From Actinomycetota bacterium (GTDB lineage Bacteria; Actinomycetota; UBA4738; HRBIN12), in NCBI GenBank assembly GCA_040881665.1, contig JBBECT010000005.1, positions 4,652-68,651 of the forward strand: 64,000 bases of DNA. Reading direction: 5' to 3'. Position numbers and translations under genes: made by a program. Positions 48,785-57,875 of the stretch are shown here, one piece after another. A model generated the notes under the pieces. The model was not told the origin of the DNA. It made no database searches and saw nothing but the letters and a program-made list of their open reading frames with translations. Position 1 is the first letter of the stretch; each line of letters starts with the position of its first letter.

Positions 48785-49474
48785 TCATAGTGGAGTACCC
48801 GTGCCCGACCTGCGCGACCACGCGAGGAGTCGTGCCGCTCCGGGCCCGGTGGCGATCGCGGTCTTCTCCTCGGCGATGGTCAGGCCGAGCTCGCCGAGCG
48901 CATCCTCGATGCGGTCGAGGGCCCGACCGAAGGCGCCGGGGTTGCGAGCCACCACTACGATGTCGTCGACCCACCGCAGGTGGCGTACGTCGGGGCTCCG
49001 GATCCGGTCGTCGACGTGGGCGAGGACGGCGTTCGCGATGATCGCCGACGCCGCCGGGCCGACCGGCAGTCCCGGCACTCCCGCCCGCTCGAACGGCGCG
49101 AGCCGCCGCAACACCTCTGCCGGCTCGATCCGCAGGGCGCGCAGCCGCGCCTCCACCACCTCCGGCGAGATCGAGGCGTAGCAACGACGGACGTCGGTGA
49201 CCGCCACTGTGCCGGCGGCGGAAGCCACGTCGGCCACGAGTCGTCGTGCCGCCCGTTCGAACCGGGCGCGTGCGGGTCGCCATGGCTCCAAGACCCGAGC
49301 GTGCCCGCCGGCGCGGTTCGCGTGGGCCTCGGGCCCGAGGGCGGCCTCGATGCGCTCGGTGTGCGGAGCGATCGCGGCGGTCAAGGCCCGGCGGAGGTCA
49401 GGCGAGGGTCGCACGATCGTGCGGGACCCGCCCCCGGGCTTGGGCACGTGCTCGATCTCGATCGACACGGACAC
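48785..49474 (-). CDS. Minimal reverse transcriptase (RNA-directed DNA polymerase) domain protein, 229 aa
   Basis: Ordered RT motifs: 1 HVPKPGGGSRTI, A VAVTDVRRCYASI, B GLPVGPAASAIIANAVL, C RWVDDIVVV, D/E LGELGLTIAEEKT. GTG start at 49474 or 49468. Confidence 0.7.
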   Translation of the reverse strand: MSVSIEIEHVPKPGGGSRTIVRPSPDLRRALTAAIAPHTERIEAALGPEAHANRAGGHARVLEPWRPARARFERAARRLVADVASAAGTVAVTDVRRCYASISPEVVEARLRALRIEPAEVLRRLAPFERAGVPGLPVGPAASAIIANAVLAHVDDRIRSPDVRHLRWVDDIVVVARNPGAFGRALDRIEDALGELGLTIAEEKTAIATGPGAARLLAWSRRSGTGTPL

Positions 49475-49645
49475 TCTCCTCTCATAGCCCTCGGGAGAGG
49501 AGGTGGGCCGTCACTCGCCGGGCGACCGCATCGCCGGAACGGTGGTTGTATCCGGTCCGCGCCCCGGACCGCAATCGGCCGGATCCGGTCGAACCCATCC
49601 CCCGGGCCGTTCCTCAGGGGCGTTCACGGGGTGCAAGCGGGTAGC

Positions 49646-50098
49646 ATGCGGCCCATGCTGGACGAACGCGATCTCGACATCATCGCAGCGCTGCAGGACG
49701 ATGCGCGCGCCACCTACGCCGACATCGCGCGCCGGGTCGGCCTGTCGCCTTCGTCGGTCCACGATCGGGTCCGCAAGCTCGAACAGGGAGGCGTGATCCG
49801 CGCCTATCGGGCGATCGTCGATCCGGAGGCAGTGGGGTTGTTCGTGACCGCGCTGATCGCCGTCAGCCCACTCGACGCCGGCCAGCCCGACGACCTCCCC
49901 GAACGGGTCGAGGAGTTCCGTGAGATCGAGGACTGCCTCAGCGTCGCCGGCGAGTCGAACTACGTGTTGAAGGTCCGCACCCGAACGACCGAAGGGCTCG
50001 AGGAGCTGATCCGCCGCTTGCGCGAGAAGGCCGGCGTGCACACCCGAACGACCGTGGTGCTCTCCACGCCGTTCGAGGATCGTCCGCTCCAGCCCTGA
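49646..50098 (+). CDS. Lrp/AsnC family transcriptional regulator
   Basis: LDERDLDIIAALQDDARATYADIARRVGLSPSSVHDRVRKLEQGGVI. Start is ATG 49646 or 49655. Confidence 0.85.
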   Translation: MRPMLDERDLDIIAALQDDARATYADIARRVGLSPSSVHDRVRKLEQGGVIRAYRAIVDPEAVGLFVTALIAVSPLDAGQPDDLPERVEEFREIEDCLSVAGESNYVLKVRTRTTEGLEELIRRLREKAGVHTRTTVVLSTPFEDRPLQP

Positions 50099-50123
50099 CG
50101 ACGGGCCGTCGGGGGCCGACGGT

Positions 50124-51533
50124 ATGCTCCCCTCGATGCGCCTGTACAACACCCTTACCCGCCGGGTCGACGATGTCGTTCCCGTCGAGCCCGGCCGTCT
50201 CAAGGTCTACACGTGCGGTCCGACCGTGTATCGCTACGCGCATATCGGCAACCTGCGAACGTTCCTGCTGTCCGATCTCGTCCGGCGCGCGGCGGAGTTC
50301 GAGGGACTGGCGGTCACGCAGGTGATCAACATCACCGATGTCGGCCACATGGTCGACGAGAGTTCGGCCGAGGCCGTCGACAAGATGCAGCTGGCCTCGG
50401 CCGACGAGGGCCTGGCGCCGCTGGAGATCGCCGCGAAGTACACGGAGGCGTTCCTCGAGGACGCTGCGGCGATCGGGATCCTTCCTCCCCACGAGTTGCC
50501 GACGGCGACCGGTCACATCCCCGAGATGCTCGATATCACCCAGCTGCTGATCGATCGCGGGCACGCCTACGAGACGGGAGGCAGCGTCTACTACGACGTC
50601 ACGAGCTTCCCGCACTACGGGGCCCTGTCGGGCAACACCCTCGAGCAGCTGCGATCCGGGCACCGGCAGGAGCTGGAGATCGACCCGAACAAGCGGTTCC
50701 ATGCCGACTTCGCCCTGTGGAAGAAGGCGGGCGCCGGGCGCCTGATGAAATGGGACTCTCCCTGGGGAGAAGGGTTTCCGGGCTGGCACGTCGAGTGCTC
50801 GGCGATGTCGATGCGCTACCTGGGCGACCGGTTCGACGTCCACACGGGCGGCGCCGATCTGATCTTCCCGCACCACGAGGACGAGATCGCCCAGTCCGAC
50901 GGCGCCGTGGGTCATCGGGTGATCTCGACGTGGGTCCACGGTGGGCACCTGCGGATGCGCGGTCAGAAGATGGCGAAGTCCACGGGAAACGTGACCCGCG
51001 TGATCGATCTCGCCACGCAGGGATACGACCCGCTCGCGTTCCGCCTGCTGACCTTCCAGACGCGTTACCGGAGCGAGATGGACTTCACCGACGAGGCGAT
51101 GGACGTCGCCGACCGGCGCGTGAAGCAGCTCCGTCAACGGATGCAGGGCTGGGCGACGGCGGACCGTCCTGACGTGCCGACCGAGGTCGCCGCGGGGTTC
51201 GACCGGCACTTCCGCGATGCGGTCGCCGACGACCTCGACATGCCGCGCGCCCTGGTGGTCCTCAACGAGGCCGTGCGCAGCGACGGGCTTGCCGACGGCG
51301 AGAAGTACCAGCTCCTCGCCTCCTGGGATGCGGTGCTCGGACTCGACCTCGAGCGAGAAGCCGTTCGGACATGGGAGCCGAACGCCGAGATGCGCGCCCT
51401 GATGAGCGAGCGTGACCAGGCCCGTGCGGCGAAGGACTACGCCAAGGCCGACGAGCTCCGCGCCCGGCTCACCGCGATGGACCTCGAGGTGATGGACTCC
51501 CCCGAGGGAACCAAGGTCCGGCCCCGCGCCTGA
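50124..51533 (+). CDS. cysS: Cysteine--tRNA ligase
   Basis: VYTCGPTVYRYAHIGNLRTF (HIGH) and KMAKSTGN (KMSKS). Start is ATG 50124 or 50136. Confidence 0.95.
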   Translation: MLPSMRLYNTLTRRVDDVVPVEPGRLKVYTCGPTVYRYAHIGNLRTFLLSDLVRRAAEFEGLAVTQVINITDVGHMVDESSAEAVDKMQLASADEGLAPLEIAAKYTEAFLEDAAAIGILPPHELPTATGHIPEMLDITQLLIDRGHAYETGGSVYYDVTSFPHYGALSGNTLEQLRSGHRQELEIDPNKRFHADFALWKKAGAGRLMKWDSPWGEGFPGWHVECSAMSMRYLGDRFDVHTGGADLIFPHHEDEIAQSDGAVGHRVISTWVHGGHLRMRGQKMAKSTGNVTRVIDLATQGYDPLAFRLLTFQTRYRSEMDFTDEAMDVADRRVKQLRQRMQGWATADRPDVPTEVAAGFDRHFRDAVADDLDMPRALVVLNEAVRSDGLADGEKYQLLASWDAVLGLDLEREAVRTWEPNAEMRALMSERDQARAAKDYAKADELRARLTAMDLEVMDSPEGTKVRPRA

Positions 51534-51542
51534 CCCGGCGCT

Positions 51543-52637
51543 CTAGTCGACCCGCAGGAGCTCGCGAGGAGCCTTGTTCAGGCGCCGGGCACCGTCGTCG
51601 GTCACCACGACGATGTCCTCGATCCGCACGCCGAAACGGTTCTCGAGGTAGACCCCCGGCTCGATCGAGAAGCACATCCCGGCCTGCAACGGCGTCGCGT
51701 TCCCGCTCACGATGTAGGGGGGCTCGTGCTCCTCCAGACCGATGCCGTGGCCGGTCCGGTGGACGAACCGCTCCCCGTAGCCCGCAGACTCGATAACCGC
51801 GCGAGCCGCCCGATCGACATCCTCGGCGGGCACGCCCGGGCCAGCCGCGTCGAACGCGGCCTGCTGGGCCGCCAGCACGATCGCATGCACCTCGGCGACA
51901 TCGGCGGACGCCTCCCCCACGTGCACCGTGCGCGTGATGTCCGAGCAGTAGCCCGCGGGAACCCGGCCCCCGAAATCCAGGACGACCGCGTCCCCCGGAC
52001 CGATCACGCGGTCGGTCGCTTCGTGGTGCGGGGACGCACCGTTCGGACCGCTCCCCACGATCGTGAACGTCACCTCGCGATGACCGTGCTCGCGGAGCAG
52101 GTGTGCGAGGCCGGCCGCGATCTGTCGCTCCGTTCGGCCGGCGAACGGCTCGCGTACGATCGCGCTGAACGCCGTGTCCGCCCCGTGACCGGCGCTCGCC
52201 AGCTCGTCGACCTCCGCGTCGTCCTTGATCGCGCGCAGGGAGGGCAGCGCCTCGGACGTTGCCTCGAACCTCGCCGTCGGAACCGCTCGCTGGAGGGCGA
52301 GCGTGTGCGAGGCCCACGTCCGGTCGGCGAGCGCCACACGGGAGGCGCCTCCGGTGAGGTCGGCGACGATCTCATACGGATCCTCGCCGTCACGCCAGCC
52401 GATCAGGTCCGTCGGGGAGCCTGCGGTCGCGTCCGCGGCCAAGGCGCGTTCCAACTCGGGGACCACGAGGACCGGGTCGGTGCCGGGACGCACGACCAGG
52501 GCGGTCAGGCGTTCCAGCGGAGGCGGATCGTAGCCGATGAGCCAGGACAGGTCCGGCGATGGCGCCACGATCATCGCGTCGAGCCCCGAGCTCGCGAGGT
52601 CGCCGGCGGCACGAGCGAGGCGCTCGGGGTGGCTCAC
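51543..52637 (-). CDS. M24 family metallopeptidase (Xaa-Pro aminopeptidase-like)
   Basis: VLDFGG...YCSDITRT, HRTGHGIGLEEHEPP, FSIEPG. Confidence 0.85.
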   Translation of the reverse strand: MSHPERLARAAGDLASSGLDAMIVAPSPDLSWLIGYDPPPLERLTALVVRPGTDPVLVVPELERALAADATAGSPTDLIGWRDGEDPYEIVADLTGGASRVALADRTWASHTLALQRAVPTARFEATSEALPSLRAIKDDAEVDELASAGHGADTAFSAIVREPFAGRTERQIAAGLAHLLREHGHREVTFTIVGSGPNGASPHHEATDRVIGPGDAVVLDFGGRVPAGYCSDITRTVHVGEASADVAEVHAIVLAAQQAAFDAAGPGVPAEDVDRAARAVIESAGYGERFVHRTGHGIGLEEHEPPYIVSGNATPLQAGMCFSIEPGVYLENRFGVRIEDIVVVTDDGARRLNKAPRELLRVD

Positions 52638-53569
52638 AACTTCATCAGGATCCGCTGCGGGATCACCGTGAAGGTCGCCGGCGTGGTTCCCAAGACCTCC
52701 CCGTCGGCCTCGATCGGCAGCGGGCGGTCGGCTTCGACCTTGACGCCGATCTTCGAGCGGAGTTCCTTGATGTGGTCGTGCGGCAGATGGTCGCCCTTGT
52801 AGACCTTGGGGAGGATCGTGAAGGCTTCGGACTTCGGCCCCTTGAACACGAGCGTGTCGAGCACGCCGTCACCCGGATAGCTCCGGGGGGAGATCCGCAT
52901 CCCCCCGCCGTAGAACTGGCAATTCCCGACCACCACCTGGAAGGCCGGGCCTTCGTACACTTTCTTGTCGGCCTGCACGCGAACCTGCGCGAGCCTGAAG
53001 GCGGGCAGCTCTCGCCAGAAGGCGAAGAAGTACCGCGACTGACCCAACCGCGCCGGGAGCCGCATCGCTCTCGCGGCGACGGCGGCCCCGAGTCCGGCCT
53101 CGGTGATGTTCGCGCAGTACCGGACGGCCTCTCCGCCGTCGGCGTCGGTGTAGGTCACCTTGATCACATCGAACGGATACACGTTGTCACCGGTGAGGTG
53201 GGCGCACGACCTCGTGGTGTCGCCCGGCAGTCCGAACGTTCGCACGAGATCGCATCCCGAACCCGCGGCCACGACCCCCAGCACGGGATCCTCCACGATC
53301 GGCTCCCCGTCTGCGAACATCCCGTTGACGACCTCGTGCACGGTTCCGTCTCCACCCACGGCGACCAGGAAGCGTCCGCCCGCCTCCAGCGCCCGGCGGG
53401 CGATCGCGGTGGCCTCACCCGGGGATCGTGTCACCTCGAGCGCGTACGGCAGACCGCGATCCGCCAAGGCCTTCTCGAGCGCGGGGATCTGCTGGGCTAC
53501 GCGGTGGCGCCCCGCGTGGGGGTTCACGATCACCGTCAGCTCCCCGAACGGGGTTCCCGTCGCACCCAT
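52634..53569 (-). CDS. Diacylglycerol/lipid kinase family protein (YegS-like)
   Basis: VIVNPHAG..., GGDGTVHEVVNG. 4-nt overlap with the downstream gene. Confidence 0.85.
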   Translation of the reverse strand: MGATGTPFGELTVIVNPHAGRHRVAQQIPALEKALADRGLPYALEVTRSPGEATAIARRALEAGGRFLVAVGGDGTVHEVVNGMFADGEPIVEDPVLGVVAAGSGCDLVRTFGLPGDTTRSCAHLTGDNVYPFDVIKVTYTDADGGEAVRYCANITEAGLGAAVAARAMRLPARLGQSRYFFAFWRELPAFRLAQVRVQADKKVYEGPAFQVVVGNCQFYGGGMRISPRSYPGDGVLDTLVFKGPKSEAFTILPKVYKGDHLPHDHIKELRSKIGVKVEADRPLPIEADGEVLGTTPATFTVIPQRILMKL

Positions 53570-53588
53570 CGCGCCGAAGGATAGCCGC

Positions 53589-56240
53589 CTACACGCCGGT
53601 GTAGGCCACGACCCCGCGGTTGACGGCGTCGGCGGCGTCGCGCACCACCGTCGCGGTGGGCTCCGGAGCGACGTCCGCGATCTGGCGCAGGAGGTCGAGC
53701 AGCATCTTGCAGGTCCGGACGAAGTCGCCGGGGGCCATGTCCATCTCGTGGAGGACGTCCTCCAGCGGCTTGCCCTCCGCCCAGTGGAACACCGGCGTCG
53801 CGAACCCGGCGTCGAGTTCGCGGCACAACTCCACGTGGTGCGCGTCCTCGGCTCGCCGGATCGAGCGGTACAGGCCCATCATGCGGTCGAAGACCTCGAC
53901 CGCGGACGCCGTCGGCATCTCCCCTATCCGCGGCACCCGCTCCCGTGACTCGTAGACCACGGTCGACACGACCGCGGCCGCCTCGGAGGCCGAGAGTCCC
54001 TCGAGCAGGCCCTCGGAGATCGCCTCGGAGATCAGCACGTCGCCCTCGCCGTAGATCCGTGCGAGGACGGCCCCCTTGGGCAGCATCGCGAAGCCGTCGA
54101 CGTACCCGAGCTCCTCGAGGACCGCGAGGACACGATCGAACTGCCGGCCCAAGGTCTCGGTCCGGGCGCGGATCCGTCGTTCGACCCCTTCGATCTGCCG
54201 GGTCAGCCCGGTGGCGCGGGCCGCCCAGCGCTCGTGCTCGGTCCGGTCGGGACACGCATGACAGGGATGTTCCGCCGCGCGCTTGTCCAGGCGCACGGCG
54301 TCGCGTTCGGCTTTGCCGTCCACGTGCCCCGTGCCCGACCGCGGTGGGCGCACGTTGAGTGCGACGAGCTGTGCCGCGACGTCTCGGCGGTACCGCGCGC
54401 TGCGAGCGTTCCCGGAACGCGGGAGTTGCACGCGCGTCAGGACCGTCGGCGGCTCGGTGAAGTCCCGTGCGGACACCCGGAAGTACCGCCGATCGGATGT
54501 GAGCACCGTCGGCCGCCCCTCCCGTGAGGACAGGACGACCGCCAGCCCCCGGCGTTTGGCGGGGGGGACGTAGATCACCTCGCCGGGGCGCAGCTTGGCC
54601 ACGGCCTCGCGGACCGCGTCCTGCCGTTGCGATTCGAACCCCTTGCGAGCCTTCTCGCGGATCTGTTGGGCCTGGTCGCGCAGGGACCAGTACTCGGCGA
54701 AGTCACCCCGGTCGCATCGCATCTGCTCGCGGTAGCCCTCCAGGAACGCCTTGTCGCGCTCCAGCTGACGCTCCAGCGTGACGACGCCACGGTCGGCGAG
54801 GAACTGAGCGAACGAGGAGTTGAGCAGATGGTGCGCCTCATCCGGCGAGTAGTTGCGGACGAGGTTGACCGCCATGTTGTACGAGGGCCGGAACGAGGAA
54901 CGGAGCTCGTAGGTGCGCGTCGCGGCCAATCCGGCGACCCGTTCGAACGGCACCTGGCGTTGGTAGACGACGACCGCATGGCCGATCTCATCGATCCCTC
55001 GCCGGCCGGCCCGCCCGGTCAGCTGCGTGTACTCCCCCGGTGTCAGCAGCTCGTGCCGCTCCCCCTGGAACTTCCACAGATCCTCGATCACGACGGTCTT
55101 GGCGGGCATGTTGATCCCCAGCGAGAGTGTCTCGGTCGCGAAGATCATCTTGATCAGCCCCTGGCCGAACAGATGCTCCACGATCTCCTTGAACACCGGG
55201 AGCATGCCCGCGTGGTGAGCCGCGACCCCGGCCATCGCCCCCTCGAGGAACGTCCAGAACCGCAAGGCCTCCAGGTCGTCCTCGTCGATCCACGCGGCGC
55301 GCTGCTCGGCGACCTCGCGGATCCGGACCCGCTCGGTCTGCGAGGTGAGTTGGATCCCCGAGTCGAGGATCCACTGCACGCTCCGATCGCACCCCGCGCG
55401 GGAGAAGACGAAGTAGATCGCCGGCACCATCCCCTCGTCGGCAAGGACCTCGACGACCTCCTCGCGTCGCGGCACGTACACGCGACGATGCCCCTCGCGC
55501 GGCCGCGAGCGTTGCTGGTGGTACACGCCGCCGCCGCGCCGTCGGTACTGCTTCGAGCGCACCTCCGGCTCTTCGATCGAGACGACGTAGGGGTTCGGCG
55601 CCGGTTGTCCGTCCCGCTCGACGTGCATCGGATGGAGCGTTCGGCCCACGAGGTAGTGGTGCTCCAAGGGGACGGGGCGCTTCTCCTCGATCACCACGCG
55701 CGTCGGTCCACGGAGCGTCCCGATCCACTCGCCGAACTCCTCCGCATTCGAGATCGTGGCCGACAGACACACCACCGACACTGACAGCGAGAGGTGGATC
55801 AGTACTTCCTCCCAGACGGCGCCGCGATAGGGGTCCTGGAGGTAATGGACCTCGTCCATCACGACGCTCACGAGCCCGTCGAGGGTGTCGCTGCGCTCGT
55901 AGAGCATGTTGCGCAGCACCTCGGTGGTCATCACGACGATCGGTGCCTCGGAGTTGATCGAGTTGTCGCCGGTGAGCAATCCAACCCGGTCGGCCCCGTA
56001 CCGCGCGACGAAGTCACCGAACTTCTGGTTGCTGAGCGCTTTCAGCGGGGTCGTGTAGAAGGCCTTGCCCGCGAGGTCGAGCGCCCGTTCGATCGCGAAT
56101 TCGGCGACCACGGTCTTCCCCGCGCCGGTCGGGGCCGCGACGAGGACCGACTCGCCCTCCCCGAGGGCGTCGATCGCCGTCCGCTGGAATCCATCGAGCG
56201 GGAAGGGGTACCGCTCGGAGAAGTGTTCGAGATCGGTCAC
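53589..56240 (-). CDS. helY: Ski2-like DEAD/DEAH-box RNA helicase HelY
   Basis: 883 aa. APTGAGKT, DEVH, C-terminal DSHCT-like region. Synteny next to tatC as recalled for Rv2092c. Confidence 0.9.
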   Translation of the reverse strand: MTDLEHFSERYPFPLDGFQRTAIDALGEGESVLVAAPTGAGKTVVAEFAIERALDLAGKAFYTTPLKALSNQKFGDFVARYGADRVGLLTGDNSINSEAPIVVMTTEVLRNMLYERSDTLDGLVSVVMDEVHYLQDPYRGAVWEEVLIHLSLSVSVVCLSATISNAEEFGEWIGTLRGPTRVVIEEKRPVPLEHHYLVGRTLHPMHVERDGQPAPNPYVVSIEEPEVRSKQYRRRGGGVYHQQRSRPREGHRRVYVPRREEVVEVLADEGMVPAIYFVFSRAGCDRSVQWILDSGIQLTSQTERVRIREVAEQRAAWIDEDDLEALRFWTFLEGAMAGVAAHHAGMLPVFKEIVEHLFGQGLIKMIFATETLSLGINMPAKTVVIEDLWKFQGERHELLTPGEYTQLTGRAGRRGIDEIGHAVVVYQRQVPFERVAGLAATRTYELRSSFRPSYNMAVNLVRNYSPDEAHHLLNSSFAQFLADRGVVTLERQLERDKAFLEGYREQMRCDRGDFAEYWSLRDQAQQIREKARKGFESQRQDAVREAVAKLRPGEVIYVPPAKRRGLAVVLSSREGRPTVLTSDRRYFRVSARDFTEPPTVLTRVQLPRSGNARSARYRRDVAAQLVALNVRPPRSGTGHVDGKAERDAVRLDKRAAEHPCHACPDRTEHERWAARATGLTRQIEGVERRIRARTETLGRQFDRVLAVLEELGYVDGFAMLPKGAVLARIYGEGDVLISEAISEGLLEGLSASEAAAVVSTVVYESRERVPRIGEMPTASAVEVFDRMMGLYRSIRRAEDAHHVELCRELDAGFATPVFHWAEGKPLEDVLHEMDMAPGDFVRTCKMLLDLLRQIADVAPEPTATVVRDAADAVNRGVVAYTGV

Positions 56241-56302
56241 GGTCCTTCGAGCCTACAGCCCTCCCGATCCGTCCTCGGACCGCCGGACGTCGCCTGCGAG
56301 GC

Positions 56303-57049
56303 TCAGTCGGCGCCGGCGATCAGCCCGCTGCGACGGAGCAGCCCGCGGAGGGCTTCGAGGAACGGCCCCGGCGCCTCGAGGTTCGACAGGTGTCCCGCCC
56401 CGCCGAGCACGACGCTCTCGGCGTCGGGGAGGAGCTCGGCCATCGCCAGGCTCACCGAGGAGGGGATCAGTCGGTCCTCGGTCGAGGTGAGCACGAGCGT
56501 GGGAACAACGATGCCGGGCAGGTCCGGCGTCGAGTCCGGGCGCTCGGCCATGCCGAGCGCCGCCGCGGCGATCGAGTCCGCCGGCTGCTCGGCGATCCAT
56601 CCACGAACGCGCTCGGCCACCTCTCGCGGTGCACCCTCGGACAGCAACGGTGGTGGATCCTCGACCAGGAAGGTGGAACCGTCCGAACGGAGCCGTCCGG
56701 CGAGCTCGTGTCGCCCCTGCACCGCCTCCGGGGGATCGGCGACCGCGCGTGTGTTGACCAGACCGAGGCCCAGTACGCGTTCGGGTGCTCTGCGCCAGAG
56801 CTCGAAGGCGACGTAGCCACCGAGCGAGCACCCCACGACGACGGCCCGGTCGACGCCGGCCGCATCGATCGCGGACAGAGCGGAGTTCGCGGCCGCTTCC
56901 ATCGAGAGCACCGCACCCACCGAGCGGCCGCCGAAGCCGGGGTGATGCGGTGCCACGACCTGCACGGTCGGTTCGAGCACCGTGACCTCGGCCTCCCACA
57001 TCCGTGCGTCAACCGGCCAGGCGTGCAGCAGCAGGAGGCCGTCGGTCAT
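56303..57049 (-). CDS. Alpha/beta hydrolase
   Basis: ORF 56303..57301 trimmed to ATG 57049. Nucleophile elbow GCSLGG. Confidence 0.75.
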   Translation of the reverse strand: MTDGLLLLHAWPVDARMWEAEVTVLEPTVQVVAPHHPGFGGRSVGAVLSMEAAANSALSAIDAAGVDRAVVVGCSLGGYVAFELWRRAPERVLGLGLVNTRAVADPPEAVQGRHELAGRLRSDGSTFLVEDPPPLLSEGAPREVAERVRGWIAEQPADSIAAAALGMAERPDSTPDLPGIVVPTLVLTSTEDRLIPSSVSLAMAELLPDAESVVLGGAGHLSNLEAPGPFLEALRGLLRRSGLIAGAD

Positions 57050-57050
57050 C

Positions 57051-57866
57051 TCAGCCGGGTGGGACGGCGTCGGGCGGTAGGGCCCCGGGCGGTAGGGCCC
57101 CGGGCGGGAGCTCGTCGGTCGGTATCGTCCCCGGAGGCAGCCCCTGCTGCGGCGGTGCCGGAGGGGTGAACGTCCCGGCGGCCTCCTGGAGCGCCACGTA
57201 GTCCGCGTAGCCCCCGATGAACTCCTCGCGGGCCGTCTCCGACAGGGCGAGGGCGCTGGCCGCGAGCTCCCGTTGCGCGCCTCCGGAAAAGTCCGCAGCA
57301 CGGAGCGCCTGCGCTGCGGACTCCTCGTACACCTGGAGCGCGTGGAGCAGGCGGTCCCGGGCGTTCACGGCGAGCGAGACGTCGTCGGCCGCGAGGCCCT
57401 TGTCGCCGAAGATCCCCGGAACGTCGATGTCGCGCAGCTTGGGGATCCCGTCGGCCGCGACGTCGGCGGTGGCATCGGCCGACGCTTCGATCTCGGCGGT
57501 GTCGGCCTCGCCGTCGAGGAACGCCTCGAGATCCTGGGTGATCCGAGGGAACGGGTCGACCGTCGCACCTACGGGTGTTCCGACCTCGGTGACGACGGGC
57601 TGGACGAGGTTGGTGAACTCCTGCACGGAGCGCCGCAGCGCCGCAGCGCGGGCGTCGGCCTCGTCGTTCACGGATCCTGCCCGCAGGCCGTCACGTACCC
57701 AGGTGACGAACACGACGAGCGCGATCCCCGCGAGGAACGCCCCGATCACCTGCACCCGGCGGCGACGGAACCACGGCGTGGGCGGGGCCTTGGGCTGGAA
57801 CCTCGGTCCCCGCGTCACCTGCCTGGAGGAGTGCCCCCTGCCCCTGTTCTTGCTCTTGAGCGCCAT
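57051..57866 (-). CDS. Membrane-anchored hypothetical protein with Pro-rich C-terminal repeats
   Basis: Basic N-terminus, one TM (VIGAFLAGIALVVFVTWV), helical ectodomain, C-terminal PPGALPPGALPPDAVPPG. Confidence 0.55.
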   Translation of the reverse strand: MALKSKNRGRGHSSRQVTRGPRFQPKAPPTPWFRRRRVQVIGAFLAGIALVVFVTWVRDGLRAGSVNDEADARAAALRRSVQEFTNLVQPVVTEVGTPVGATVDPFPRITQDLEAFLDGEADTAEIEASADATADVAADGIPKLRDIDVPGIFGDKGLAADDVSLAVNARDRLLHALQVYEESAAQALRAADFSGGAQRELAASALALSETAREEFIGGYADYVALQEAAGTFTPPAPPQQGLPPGTIPTDELPPGALPPGALPPDAVPPG

Positions 57867-57875
57867 CTCGCATCC

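Noticed and set aside
48785-49474. RT ORF as part of a group II intron, retron or DGR
   Set aside because: No intron domain V/VI-like RNA or maturase/endonuclease extension is present. No DGR template/variable repeat pair or accessory gene is visible. The ORF lacks the extra C-terminal region of retron RTs, and I could not identify a1/a2-type flanking inverted repeats around a msr/msd-like unit. It is therefore left unclassified rather than forced into one of these classes.
57072-57101. 15-bp tandem repeat GGGCGGTAGGGCCCC x2
   Set aside because: It is an in-frame duplication encoding the PPGAL repeats of a Pro-rich C-terminal tail, so it is ordinary low-complexity coding sequence.
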